A DNA stretch of 49,747 bases from Flavobacteriales bacterium (GTDB lineage: Bacteria; Bacteroidota; Bacteroidia; NS11-12g; UBA955): positions 1 through 49,747 of the forward strand of contig JBEIRK010000003.1 of NCBI GenBank assembly GCA_040376005.1, written 5' to 3'. Below, piece after piece: positions 16,656 to 26,940 of the stretch. The position numbers and the translations under genes were made by a program. The stretch's first letter is position 1; every line of letters begins with the position of its first letter. A model generated the notes under the pieces. The model had not been told where the DNA came from. It saw only the letters and a list, made by a program, of their open reading frames with translations, and did no database searches.

Positions 16656-18466
16656 TGGCACCCGAAGAACTCAAAAAAACACTAAGTCTGCTGCCCGATT
16701 TGCCGGGTATTTATAAGTATTTCGATACTGCAGGTACCATTATTTATGTAGGTAAAGCAAGGTCTCTGAAGAAAAGAGTCAGTAGCTATTTCTCTAAAAT
16801 CAAACACGAAAACCGCAAAACCGCAGTGTTGGTTTCTCGCGTAGCCCATATCGATTTTACAGTAGTTGAATCGGAAATGGATGCACTATTGCTCGAAAAT
16901 AGCCTCATTAAGGAGTTCCAGCCCCGCTATAACATTAACCTAAAAGACGACAAGAGTTATCCATATATCCGCATCAGTACAGACCGTTTTCCTAAGGTGT
17001 ATGCCATGCGCAATCCCGTGAAAGATGGTTCTGAATATTTTGGTCCCTACGCCTCACCCAAAGTGATGTACGTGGTGCTAGATTTAGTGAAGAAGCTCTA
17101 TCCCACAAGGAATTGCAATCTCAATCTTTCTAATACCAATATCAAAGCAGGTAAATTTAGAGTCTGTCTTGAATACCAAATTGGCAATTGTAAGGGGCCT
17201 TGCGAAGGATACCAATCTGAGGAGGAATACCTTCTGAGTATTCGACATATCCGCCATATCCTAAAAGGCAATTTGGCGGAAGTGCGCAGAAACTTAAAGC
17301 AGCTGATGCAAGATGCAGCCCAAGCTCTGCAGTTTGAGCAGGCACAAGAGTATAAGGAGAAGTTGGAACTGCTCGAAAAATACCAACATAAAAGCACCGT
17401 GGTTGGCCAACATACGGGCAATTTGGATGTCTATTCGGTGTCTGGCACAGACAAACAAGCGTTCGTTAACTTTCTCAGAGTCAATGAAGGCATTGTGGTA
17501 ATTAGCCGCAACCTTGAGTTTCGTAAAAAACTGGATGAGTCTGATGAGGAGATTCTGGAATACGCCATCGCTGAAATTCACCAAGCCTATGGAGACACGG
17601 GCAATGAAATGCTAGTGCCGTTTATGCCTGAATGGGTTTCAGACTCCATGAAAGTAACTGTGCCCGCGGCCGGCGAAAAGCGGAAATTGCTAGAATTGAG
17701 TCTTAAAAACGCATTGCTGTATAAACGCGAAAAACTCAATCAGTACGAAAAACTCAATCCGGATGTGCGCATAGACCGTGTAATGGAGCAAATGAGAGAG
17801 GATTTGCGCCTCAAAGACCAACCCCGCCACATTGAGTGTTTTGACAACAGTAATTTCCAAGGTACATACCCCGTTTCTGCCTGTGTTGTCTTTAGAGATG
17901 GTAAGCCAGCACGTAGCGATTACCGCCACTTTAACGTAAAAACAGTAGAAGGACCAGATGATTTTGCCACCATGCGCGAGGTTATTGGCCGCCGATATGC
18001 TCGCATGGTAGAAGAGAATAAACCCCTTCCTCAACTCATCGTTGTGGACGGTGGAAAGGGGCAGCTCAGCGCAGCGGTTGAAGCACTTAAGGAACTTGGG
18101 ATTTATGGCAAAGTGCCAATTATGGGCATTGCCAAGCGTCTGGAAGAACTCTTCTATCCTGAAGACCCACTACCACTGTACATTGATAAAAAGTCCGAAA
18201 CCCTGAAAATCATTCAGCAGATGCGGGATGAAGCCCACCGATTTGGAATTACACACCACCGAAAGCGCAGGGATAAAGGAACCCTGAAAACGGAGTTTAC
18301 AGATATCCCAGGTATCGGAGAAGCCACGGCTACTGAACTACTCGCGAGTTTTAAGTCCGCGACCAAAATTAAAAAAGCCAGTTTGGAAGAATTAGCGGCA
18401 GTGATTGGAAAAGCAAAGGCTGCAGTTGTATATTCATGGTATAATCCTACAAGCAATGCCGAGTAA
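16655..18466 (+). CDS. uvrC: excinuclease ABC subunit C
   Basis: GIY...IIYVGKA, YNINLKDDKSYP, IECFDNS, VDGGKGQL, RDEAHRF, HhH; TAATG coupling with murI. Confidence 0.98.
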   Translation: MAPEELKKTLSLLPDLPGIYKYFDTAGTIIYVGKARSLKKRVSSYFSKIKHENRKTAVLVSRVAHIDFTVVESEMDALLLENSLIKEFQPRYNINLKDDKSYPYIRISTDRFPKVYAMRNPVKDGSEYFGPYASPKVMYVVLDLVKKLYPTRNCNLNLSNTNIKAGKFRVCLEYQIGNCKGPCEGYQSEEEYLLSIRHIRHILKGNLAEVRRNLKQLMQDAAQALQFEQAQEYKEKLELLEKYQHKSTVVGQHTGNLDVYSVSGTDKQAFVNFLRVNEGIVVISRNLEFRKKLDESDEEILEYAIAEIHQAYGDTGNEMLVPFMPEWVSDSMKVTVPAAGEKRKLLELSLKNALLYKREKLNQYEKLNPDVRIDRVMEQMREDLRLKDQPRHIECFDNSNFQGTYPVSACVVFRDGKPARSDYRHFNVKTVEGPDDFATMREVIGRRYARMVEENKPLPQLIVVDGGKGQLSAAVEALKELGIYGKVPIMGIAKRLEELFYPEDPLPLYIDKKSETLKIIQQMRDEAHRFGITHHRKRRDKGTLKTEFTDIPGIGEATATELLASFKSATKIKKASLEELAAVIGKAKAAVVYSWYNPTSNAE

Positions 18467-19658
18467 GCGTGACTTAAATGAACTTGTGAATAGGGCTAAA
18501 TCCTATGATACGGCGTGTATACTTGTCTCCAATGACTTTGCAGATGCCTACGGCCGCTTCGAACTTATGGCGGGCTATGGCGTTAAATCTTCCTGCAATA
18601 GCTTAGATACTTTGCGGTCAGATATACTGCAATTTGGTTTCTTTTCCTATGACTTAAAAAATCAATTTGAGAAGCTCTCGAGCAAGCATCCCGCATGGAT
18701 TGAGGCACCAGACATGTTCTTCTTCGAACCGAAAGAGTTCTACCTGCAACAAAGAGATGGCCAATGTATTGAGAATCTTACTGGGCTGGATACTCCATTT
18801 TCGGAGCATAATTATAGCCGATTTCGCGTTGGCGAATGGGAGTGTAGTGTCAGCAAACAAGAGTATTTAGATACCATTCATACCATTCGCAATCACATCC
18901 GGGAAGGCGATTATTACGAGTTGAACTTCTGCACAGAATGGCGCACAAGCTATACCGGTTCTGCAGATCCCTATCAGTTGTTCCTTGAACTCAATCAAAA
19001 GGCACCCGCACCTTTCGCAGTTTTCTTTAAAAGGGGCAATTCCTATTTGCTGTCAAGCAGTCCAGAGAGATTTCTCAATGGTGCTGGAAATCTGGTGGTG
19101 TCTCAACCCATTAAAGGCACGCGTAAAAGGCTGGCAGGGGCGCATGAGGACGCACAGGTGCGCACAGAGCTGATGACTTCTGAAAAGGATCGGGCAGAAA
19201 ACATTATGATTACGGATCTGGTGCGCAATGACTTGTCGATATTCTGTAAACCGGGTACAGTGGAGGTTGAAGAGCTTTGTGGCATCTATTCCTTCAGCCA
19301 TGTGCACCAAATGATTTCAACGGTTACAGGAGAAATGCGCCAGGGGCTAGATGTGTGCGATGCAATACGAGCTACTTTTCCAATGGGCAGTATGACGGGT
19401 GCGCCAAAAATTAAAGTGATGGAAGTTACGGATCTGCTGGAAGGTTTTCGGCGTGGCTTATATAGCGGCAGCGTGGGCTATACTTTTAATGGTAATTTTG
19501 ACTTCAATGTAGTGATTCGCGCACTGCAATTGGATACTGAAAAATCAAGAATTGCCTATCATGTGGGTGGCGCAATTACTTACGATAGCCATCCAGAATC
19601 GGAGTATGACGAATGCCTGGCCAAAGCACAATCTATGCTGGCCGTGATTCCTAAATAA
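18456..19658 (+). CDS. pabB: aminodeoxychorismate/anthranilate synthase component I family
   Basis: SSSPERF, QPIKGT, KDRAENIMITDLVRNDL, FPMGSMTGAPK; ATG 18456 preferred. Confidence 0.85.
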   Translation: MPSKRDLNELVNRAKSYDTACILVSNDFADAYGRFELMAGYGVKSSCNSLDTLRSDILQFGFFSYDLKNQFEKLSSKHPAWIEAPDMFFFEPKEFYLQQRDGQCIENLTGLDTPFSEHNYSRFRVGEWECSVSKQEYLDTIHTIRNHIREGDYYELNFCTEWRTSYTGSADPYQLFLELNQKAPAPFAVFFKRGNSYLLSSSPERFLNGAGNLVVSQPIKGTRKRLAGAHEDAQVRTELMTSEKDRAENIMITDLVRNDLSIFCKPGTVEVEELCGIYSFSHVHQMISTVTGEMRQGLDVCDAIRATFPMGSMTGAPKIKVMEVTDLLEGFRRGLYSGSVGYTFNGNFDFNVVIRALQLDTEKSRIAYHVGGAITYDSHPESEYDECLAKAQSMLAVIPK

Positions 19659-19666
19659 AAAGGATT

Positions 19667-20353
19667 TTAAGATTCGAATTTGTAACCCACCCCTTTTACG
19701 GTATGGATAAATTTGTCGTCGAGTTTTTCGCGAATCTTACGCACATGCACATCAATGGTGCGGTCTACCACCAATACTTCATTGCCCCACACATTTTCAA
19801 GAATTTCATCCCTTGAGAACACGCGGCCTGGACGGCTGGCAAGGAAAGAAAGCAATTCAAATTCTTTGCGTGGGAACTGTAAGGCTTTGCCATTGTATTC
19901 TACTACAAATCTTTCACGGTCAATTTTTAGGTTGCCAAAATCGAAATTTTCGTGTATCGTGGCGGTTATTACATTGCGTCTTCTGAGTATGGCCTTCAAA
20001 CGGCTCATCAATACCCGCGGACGTATAGGTTTTGCGATATAATCATCAGCTCCCGCTTCAAAACCAGCAAGCTCCGCAAATTCTTCACTCCTTGCTGTAA
20101 GAAATACGATGGCAATGCCCGCCGTAATTGGGTCTTCTTTTAGCTGTCTGCAGGCTTCCATGCCATCCATCACAGGCATCATTACATCCATAAGAATCAG
20201 CTCAGGCATGAATTTACGGGCAGTTTCAACTGCTTGCGCGCCATTGGCCGCAACCTGAACATCAAAACCATCTTTGTTAAGCGTATGCCTAATCAATTCC
20301 AGGATATCCTGTTCGTCATCAACAATCAGAATTTTTGGCATCTTCTTAATCAT
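19667..20353 (-). CDS. OmpR/PhoB family response regulator (PhoP-like); start 20353 or 20341
   Basis: ILIVDDE, LMDVMMP, GADDYIAKP, RTIDVHVRKIREK, TVKGVGY. Confidence 0.95.
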   Translation of the reverse strand: MIKKMPKILIVDDEQDILELIRHTLNKDGFDVQVAANGAQAVETARKFMPELILMDVMMPVMDGMEACRQLKEDPITAGIAIVFLTARSEEFAELAGFEAGADDYIAKPIRPRVLMSRLKAILRRRNVITATIHENFDFGNLKIDRERFVVEYNGKALQFPRKEFELLSFLASRPGRVFSRDEILENVWGNEVLVVDRTIDVHVRKIREKLDDKFIHTVKGVGYKFES

Positions 20354-20433
20354 GCAGTTACAAAACAATAACAATCCTGTTACTGCATGTTGACTTCAAT
20401 ATTAATTTAATATTACCTAGAAATTGGCTCTAT

Positions 20434-21645
20434 TTACGGGGTGTCAAACAATTCCTCGAGTTTGACTGCCAATGCCTCACCACGCAAGCCCTTGGCTACG
20501 ATTTTTCCGTCCTTATCTATCAAATAGGTAGCAGGTATTGCCTCTACTTTATACAAAGGCACCACCATGCTGCTCCATTTTCTTAAATCGGACACATGTT
20601 TCCAAACCAAACTGTCACTGGCTATAGCGCCTTTCCAACGGCCTTTATCATCATCTAAGGATACGCCCAAGATTTCGAAGCCTTTCGGATGGTATTGCTT
20701 ATATAATTGTGTATTAAATGGATTCTCACGACGGCAGGGTCCGCACCAACTAGCCCAAAAATCAATCAGAACAACCTGACCGCGCAAACTGCTCAGCGAT
20801 AAGGTATCTCCATTGGGTTGTGGCAATTTTATTTCTGGTGCAATAGCTCCAATGCCCAGTCGCTTCTCTTGTTCATACTGTAATTCTATAGGCTTGATAT
20901 ACTTAGAATTTGGGTATCGCGCCTTTCCACTTTTTATGGCATGCTGCATCAATTCCACATCTACGCCTTCAATTACACCATACGTGATGATGAACGCGGG
21001 CAGTAAAGACTTGGGTTTTGACAAGGCCAATTCACGTATTTTGCTCACTCTTTGTGTTATAAGTTTGTTGTATTCGGCCTGCAATGCCATACCTTGACTA
21101 TAACCTTCAGGTGTTTGTGGAATATTGGCAGCCCTTGTCTTTAATTGTTCCATTTTGTTCATGAAATCGGAATTCAAATCCAACAATTCCTTCATTTCAA
21201 TAATGCCTTCAGCAGATTTACCTTCTACACTGTAGGTACCGTCGTTAGGCTCTATTTGAAGTGTACCGCTGGTTTTGTTGTCTACAATGAGGTAAATCGC
21301 GCTGCTTTCATCCCACTGCAATTGGCAAAACAAGGGTTCTTTAGCATTGCCTCTAATTTCAAAATTACCATTCTTGTCTGTTCTTGCACTGTCAAGGAAA
21401 ATCTGACCTGCATTTGGGTCCATTTCCCATAACATCAGTAAATTAAAGGGTTTGTTTTTCAAATTGCCTTTCAGCATATAACCCGATTCCGCCTTCTCCA
21501 GTGTGGTTTGTCTTGGGGTAAGCAAATTCTTAATCCATGACTGTGCATCTGATTTAAGGTTGCCAGCATTGGCATCGCTGCATGAACTTAAACTGCCCGC
21601 CATTAAGGCAATTCCAATTGCAATCGTGAGGTTTTTTACAAACAT
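20434..21645 (-). CDS. TlpA-family thioredoxin lipoprotein with DUF4369-like N-terminal domain
   Basis: lipobox LSS-C; LIDFWASWCGPCRRENP; IPATYLID. Confidence 0.9.
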   Translation of the reverse strand: MFVKNLTIAIGIALMAGSLSSCSDANAGNLKSDAQSWIKNLLTPRQTTLEKAESGYMLKGNLKNKPFNLLMLWEMDPNAGQIFLDSARTDKNGNFEIRGNAKEPLFCQLQWDESSAIYLIVDNKTSGTLQIEPNDGTYSVEGKSAEGIIEMKELLDLNSDFMNKMEQLKTRAANIPQTPEGYSQGMALQAEYNKLITQRVSKIRELALSKPKSLLPAFIITYGVIEGVDVELMQHAIKSGKARYPNSKYIKPIELQYEQEKRLGIGAIAPEIKLPQPNGDTLSLSSLRGQVVLIDFWASWCGPCRRENPFNTQLYKQYHPKGFEILGVSLDDDKGRWKGAIASDSLVWKHVSDLRKWSSMVVPLYKVEAIPATYLIDKDGKIVAKGLRGEALAVKLEELFDTP

Positions 21646-21714
21646 TGGTTACAAAATAACAAAAACCGGCCCAAATTCGTTTCATACCGGCGTATTAATA
21701 TATAAGACGAACTT

Positions 21715-22398
21715 TTATTTCGATAAGTTGCCTTGTTCTCTAAGGTTTTGAACCGATTCTGGGGCAATGGCATCGGAAACCTTGTATTCCCCAATGCGCG
21801 TGCGTCGCAGCCCGCTGAGATAGCCACCACTATTCATGGCTTTGCCAATATCAAAGGCCAAACTGCGTATATATGTGCCTTTACCGCATACAAATCTCAA
21901 GGTGAGAACAGGAGCTTCAAAGCGCACAATTTCAATTTCATGAATAATTACAGGCCGCGCTGCCAATTCATGTTCCACGCCTCCCCGTGCTAGGGTATAG
22001 GCGCGTTTTCCATCTACTTTTATTGCCGAAAAAAGAGGTGGTCTTTGCATAATAGTACCCCTAAATTGTTTTAAGGTATCTTCAATTAATGCCTCGGTTA
22101 TGTGCTCAGATGGGAAATGCTGGTCTACCTCAGTTTCCATATCATAACTGGGGGTGGTAGCGCCTAGCGTAATCTCTGCAACATACTCCTTTTCCGCTGC
22201 TTGTATATCGTTGATTTTCTTTGTACTCCGTTCTGTGCAAATAACCAACAATCCCGTTGCAAGCGGATCTAAAGTGCCTGCATGGCCACATTTCTTTGCC
22301 ATACGCATCCACTTTACCTTTTTTACGGCCTGAAAGGAGGTCCAGCCATAGGGCTTATCTATCAGGAAAACCTCTCCTGGTTTGGCTTCCTGGGTCAA
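21715..22398 (-). CDS. truB: tRNA pseudouridine(55) synthase
   Basis: IDKPYGWTS, GHAGTLDPLATG, CGKGTYIRSL, LRRTRIG. Confidence 0.97.
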   Translation of the reverse strand: MTQEAKPGEVFLIDKPYGWTSFQAVKKVKWMRMAKKCGHAGTLDPLATGLLVICTERSTKKINDIQAAEKEYVAEITLGATTPSYDMETEVDQHFPSEHITEALIEDTLKQFRGTIMQRPPLFSAIKVDGKRAYTLARGGVEHELAARPVIIHEIEIVRFEAPVLTLRFVCGKGTYIRSLAFDIGKAMNSGGYLSGLRRTRIGEYKVSDAIAPESVQNLREQGNLSK

Positions 22399-24275
22399 AG
22401 TATTATGATTTTTTCTTTGTGAATGATCTTGCTGTCCGGCGCTATTACATGAATAATATACTCACCCGGTGCTACACTATTCGGGTCTATGCGCAACAAA
22501 TGGGTTCCTGCCGACAATTCCATAGCAGGTTTGTCTTTTACTTTCTGTCCCAACGTATTGTATAGGCTGATGCTGTATTTGCCTTCTTGGGTAACCTGAA
22601 TCTCCGTGAAGATATCAGACTGCGCTGGTACTGGAAATACCCTAACATTAGATACAGGTTGGGTATATACCGTGTCGTTTAAGGTAATGCGTGCAACCCA
22701 AGCATTCATGCTGTTGCTAATTCCGTAGGAACCTACAAGATAATATACCCCCGGTTCATTGTATTTGGCCTGTATGCCTTCGTAGTCGCCCCAACGTTGT
22801 TCGCCTTTAGGGATGTAGTTGTAATAGATTAAAGACTGTCCTTGTTTTACTTTTACAATATCAGAGTATTCGCCATAGCGGTTGCGATAGATAACCGCCG
22901 TTCCAGGAAAATGCCATGGACTGCTGTAAACAAAAGTGATAAGGGAGGAGGCTTCAGCATCCTTGGTTGATGCTGCCACTATGGCGGGGTAACCTAGGTC
23001 TAGTGAGTCGTCTGTAATGAGTCCTCCGCGTATAAATGCATTTCCATCAATATTATACACCGTACTATGGGTCAGATGGGCCTGCATGGTGTTAAAGTTC
23101 ATGGTGTTTTGCAAAAACTGCACTGTGTTTCCCGTGCGAATACCCGTTAAGGCACGGCAGTCGTTGGTGCGCAGCTTGTAAGAGGTGTCGGGCTGCAATG
23201 CGCTAGGCGGAAAACCATAGGGGACTTCACTGCGCAATACCTTCGTTTCCAAATCAGCCAAACCGCTTTTTTGGGTGTTGTTCACCCTGAGCATAAATAC
23301 AGTATCATTTTGTTCTGCAAGCGGTCTTACTGTAATAAAATAGTTGTCAGTGCCTGTAGGCATAGGGTTGTTCTGAATGGCACAAATGCTCCGCAAAGCT
23401 TTGCCTTCGTATTTGATACCCGTGTAGACGTTTTTGTGCAAGGTATCCCCTTTGTAGCCGTCTTCTTTGCGAATTTGCCAAATCACAGCCTCTGTAAATC
23501 CTTCTTCCCAGCTGGCTCCGTTGCCAATAAGGTTTACCGTAAAAAAAAGATCCTCGCTATTGTGTGCCACAATAGGATAATCACTCCAAATCAAGTCGTT
23601 GGTAGGTTTGCCAGGGATTTTGTAGACATTCCAAGGTTTCAAAGGGTCTGAGCTGGTGCTGAAAGCTACTACGATAAAGCTTGTTACATCGGTGGTTCCA
23701 TGCATGTACACGATGATATATCGGTCTGCAATGGGATCATACAACACGCGCGGATCATACACCCGAGTAAGGGTAGGGATGGGGTCAATTTTGATTCCGG
23801 GATTGTTTACGAAGTTTTCCAAACTCCAAGATCTAATAATTGGACCATCTGCACTGTGCACACGAATGGTAGTGTTCAATACATTGATAAACTTTCCATC
23901 ATTCCCTACGGCTAAGTGGTTGTCATTCGGTGTACCACCGCCTCCTCCGCCGTTATAACTTCCCTCAATTACGGGAGCAATGAAGCTTGGGTTGGTGGTC
24001 CTGCCGCTATAATTGCCGCGGTTCATCGGGCCTTTCATGCGTGACATGCGCGCTGCGTCAATGCGCTTTCTCAGGTCTTCTGAACCTGGCGCGTGCTCGG
24101 GCATTGCCGCGGGTTGTGCCGCCACCCAATTGTCTTCACTCAACATGGGGTCAAATACCGCAATTAAGGGTGCTTTAATGTCCCGTATCACGGTGTGCTC
24201 AAATCCACTTTGGGCCCTTCCTACATGCACCATCGCTGCAAGCATGCATAGACTTAGAATTTTTCTGTGAAGCAT
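22395..24275 (-). CDS. secreted protein of unknown function with T9SS type A CTD
   Basis: signal peptide; PNDNHLAVG, DPRVLYD, WSDYP, RWGDY; CTD VFPVPA...LYNTLGQKV...GEYII...KIIIL. Confidence 0.8.
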   Translation of the reverse strand: MLHRKILSLCMLAAMVHVGRAQSGFEHTVIRDIKAPLIAVFDPMLSEDNWVAAQPAAMPEHAPGSEDLRKRIDAARMSRMKGPMNRGNYSGRTTNPSFIAPVIEGSYNGGGGGGTPNDNHLAVGNDGKFINVLNTTIRVHSADGPIIRSWSLENFVNNPGIKIDPIPTLTRVYDPRVLYDPIADRYIIVYMHGTTDVTSFIVVAFSTSSDPLKPWNVYKIPGKPTNDLIWSDYPIVAHNSEDLFFTVNLIGNGASWEEGFTEAVIWQIRKEDGYKGDTLHKNVYTGIKYEGKALRSICAIQNNPMPTGTDNYFITVRPLAEQNDTVFMLRVNNTQKSGLADLETKVLRSEVPYGFPPSALQPDTSYKLRTNDCRALTGIRTGNTVQFLQNTMNFNTMQAHLTHSTVYNIDGNAFIRGGLITDDSLDLGYPAIVAASTKDAEASSLITFVYSSPWHFPGTAVIYRNRYGEYSDIVKVKQGQSLIYYNYIPKGEQRWGDYEGIQAKYNEPGVYYLVGSYGISNSMNAWVARITLNDTVYTQPVSNVRVFPVPAQSDIFTEIQVTQEGKYSISLYNTLGQKVKDKPAMELSAGTHLLRIDPNSVAPGEYIIHVIAPDSKIIHKEKIIIL

Positions 24276-24281
24276 TCTATG

Positions 24282-24289
24282 CAAAGTTA
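24282..24289 (-). promoter_or_regulatory. -7 element TAACTTTG
   Basis: TAnnTTTG 6 nt before ATG 24275. Confidence 0.6.
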
Positions 24290-24361
24290 CTGAATTATGC
24301 AGTTACTGTATGCAATAAAATAGGCGGGAATTGGTCAAATCAAGGTAAAATGATGGGCTTG

Positions 24362-25375
24362 TTACCTCACATTTACTTCCATCTCCAACCGAACTTGGAA
24401 CCTGTCCCATACCGATTGTTGAATTTCTTTGGCGAGGCCAATGATTTCGGGTCCACTGGCATGGCCGTAATTCACCAATACCAATGCTTGTTTTGCATGC
24501 ACTCCTGCATCACCCCGCCGAAATCCTTTCCATCCGCATTTTTCAATGAGCCATGCCGCGGGGACCTTTACGGTTCCTTCAGCAGCGGGGAAACTTCTTA
24601 TGTCTGGATATTGCGCTTGTAATGCGGTGAAATGCTGGATTTCAATAACGGGATTCTTGAAAAAGCTACCGCAATTGCCCAAGATAGCAGGATCTGGCAA
24701 TTTGCTTCTTCGAATCTGTATAACTGCATTCGACACATCCTGTATGCTCGGATTGGCTATGCCTAGTCCGTCCAATTCTGCCTGTATGTCGCCATATTTT
24801 ACGTTTACCGTTGGATTTTTGTCAAGCCGTAAAACAACATGGGTAATAAAGTATCGGCCTTTACACTCGTGCTTGAAAATGCTTTCGCGGTAGCCAAAAC
24901 GACACTGCTCATGGTTGAAAGTTACCCGCTTACCCTCTTGCAAATCAAAAGCTTCGAGGTGGTCAAATACCTGTTCCAACTCAGTGCCGTAAGCCCCAAT
25001 GTTTTGAATTGGAGCAGCTCCTACTGTGCCTGGAATAAGACTGAGGTTCTCCATGCCTCCCCAGCCATTGGATACGGCCCACATCACCGTTTCATGCCAA
25101 TTTTCGCCGCCACCAATTCTCAGTAAAACATGTTGGTCGGTTTCTTGAATTATGGATTTACCCATAATTTCATTTTTCAATATCAATCCGGGATAATTGC
25201 CAGCAAAAACAACATTGCTTCCACCGCCGAGAATAAGCAGGTGGCTCGAAGGAATTAGGGTGGTTTTCCAAATGGCCTCTATGGCCTCAGTATGGGTGAT
25301 ACGCCCAAAAAGTGCTGCATCTATCCCAAAACCAAAGGTGTTGAATCCCTTAAGTGAAATCCCTTTTTGAATCAT
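24362..25375 (-). CDS. murB: UDP-N-acetylmuramate dehydrogenase
   Basis: ILGGGSN, IPGTVGAAPIQNIGAYG, GSFFKNP, QALVLVN, LEMEV. Confidence 0.97.
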   Translation of the reverse strand: MIQKGISLKGFNTFGFGIDAALFGRITHTEAIEAIWKTTLIPSSHLLILGGGSNVVFAGNYPGLILKNEIMGKSIIQETDQHVLLRIGGGENWHETVMWAVSNGWGGMENLSLIPGTVGAAPIQNIGAYGTELEQVFDHLEAFDLQEGKRVTFNHEQCRFGYRESIFKHECKGRYFITHVVLRLDKNPTVNVKYGDIQAELDGLGIANPSIQDVSNAVIQIRRSKLPDPAILGNCGSFFKNPVIEIQHFTALQAQYPDIRSFPAAEGTVKVPAAWLIEKCGWKGFRRGDAGVHAKQALVLVNYGHASGPEIIGLAKEIQQSVWDRFQVRLEMEVNVR

Positions 25376-25483
25376 AATTCTTGTACAAATGAAATAACTC
25401 TCAATGACAACATCTTGCAGAGTTATGCCGTGTATGTGAATATCCTCAAGCCCAAATGGGAATGGGCCTTTTGTTCTATGCTT

Positions 25484-26836
25484 TTAGCCAAATATCCACT
25501 CAAATACTTCGTCAATCCTGCCAAAAGTGCGAATTTGTATTTTTCGCTTTCCCGTTGGGATTTTGTTGTATTTGCTCAGCACAATTTCTTCGAATCCCAA
25601 TTTCTCAGCCTCGCTTATGCGCTGCTCTACACGCTGCACCGCGCGGATTTCGCCACTCAGTCCCGCTTCTGCGCAAAACACTGTTTTTGGGTTTAAAGGA
25701 ATGCCTTGGAAGCTGCTCATCACAGCGGCTGCAATGCTCAAATCAATGGATGGGTCTTCTAAGCGCAATCCGCCTGCGATATTGATAAAAACATCCTGCT
25801 GCCCAAGTCGGAACCCACAGCGTTTCTCAATAATGGCGAGCAACATGTTTAATCTTCTCAGGTCAAATCCTGTAGATGAACGCTGGGGTGTGCCATAGAC
25901 TGCAGTACTTACCAATGCTTGTGCCTCTAACAGCAAAGGCCTCACGCCCTCCAAGGCGCAACCTATAGCGACGCCGGATAGTTGCTCATCGCGTTGGGCT
26001 AAGAGAATTTCTGAAGGATTCAATACCGCCTCTAATCCCGCACCAGACATATTGTAGATGCCCATTTCATTGGTGCTTCCAAAGCGGTTTTTCAAGGTGC
26101 GTAATACCCTGTAGGTGTATTGTTTGTCGCCCTCAAACTGCAGCACAGTGTCCACCATGTGCTCCAGCAGCTTGGGTCCTGCGATACTGCCATCTTTGGT
26201 GATGTGTCCAATGAGAATTACGGGTACGTGGTTTTCTTTCGCAAATTGAATGAGTTTGGCCGTGCACTCGCGAATCTGAACAATACTGCCAGGTGTGCTG
26301 TCTAACAAATCACTATACAAAGTTTGAATACTATCGGCAATCACCAATTGGGGTTGAAATTCATTCATGGCATCCAGCACATTTTCCAAAAGGGTTTCCG
26401 ACACGATGGAAGCATTGCCTTTGTCATTTCCCAAGCGGTCAGCCCGCATTTTGATTTGCTCAGGACTTTCTTCTCCACTGATATACAGGGTTTTAAATTC
26501 GCTGTGCAATGCTACTTGTAGCAGCAATGTACTTTTTCCTATGCCGGGCTCACCGCCAAGTAAGACTACGGAGCCTGGCACAATTCCACCGCCCAATACC
26601 TGATTCAATTCTGAATCGGAAAGGTGCATTCGCGGTATTTCACCTGCACGGATTTCAGAAATTTTTACGGGTGCGATTTTCTCCTTAGGCGCTTGGCGCA
26701 CAGACTGCGTTTTGCCTTGTACTACTTTTTCTTCAGTAAATGTGTTCCATTCATTGCAGGACGGGCATCTACCTACCCATTTTGGACTTTCAAATCCGCA
26801 GGAACGACAGAAAAATGTAGTTTTAATTTTGGCCAT
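25484..26836 (-). CDS. radA: DNA repair protein RadA/Sms
   Basis: CRSC...CPSC zinc finger, GEPGIGKST, KNRFG, Lon-like C-terminus; ATG 26836. Confidence 0.98.
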   Translation of the reverse strand: MAKIKTTFFCRSCGFESPKWVGRCPSCNEWNTFTEEKVVQGKTQSVRQAPKEKIAPVKISEIRAGEIPRMHLSDSELNQVLGGGIVPGSVVLLGGEPGIGKSTLLLQVALHSEFKTLYISGEESPEQIKMRADRLGNDKGNASIVSETLLENVLDAMNEFQPQLVIADSIQTLYSDLLDSTPGSIVQIRECTAKLIQFAKENHVPVILIGHITKDGSIAGPKLLEHMVDTVLQFEGDKQYTYRVLRTLKNRFGSTNEMGIYNMSGAGLEAVLNPSEILLAQRDEQLSGVAIGCALEGVRPLLLEAQALVSTAVYGTPQRSSTGFDLRRLNMLLAIIEKRCGFRLGQQDVFINIAGGLRLEDPSIDLSIAAAVMSSFQGIPLNPKTVFCAEAGLSGEIRAVQRVEQRISEAEKLGFEEIVLSKYNKIPTGKRKIQIRTFGRIDEVFEWIFG

Positions 26837-26928
26837 AAATTGCAAATCAAATGCATTTTCTGAAAGTAAAACGGTCTTGTGTATACTTTGTTATTTAGAT
26901 TCAATACAAATAATATCCGAAAGCGTTG

Positions 26929-26936
26929 TAAATTTG
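26929..26936 (+). promoter_or_regulatory. -7 element TAAATTTG, probable leaderless transcript
   Basis: only 4 nt (CACC) between motif and ATG 26941. Confidence 0.65.
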
Positions 26937-26940
26937 CACC

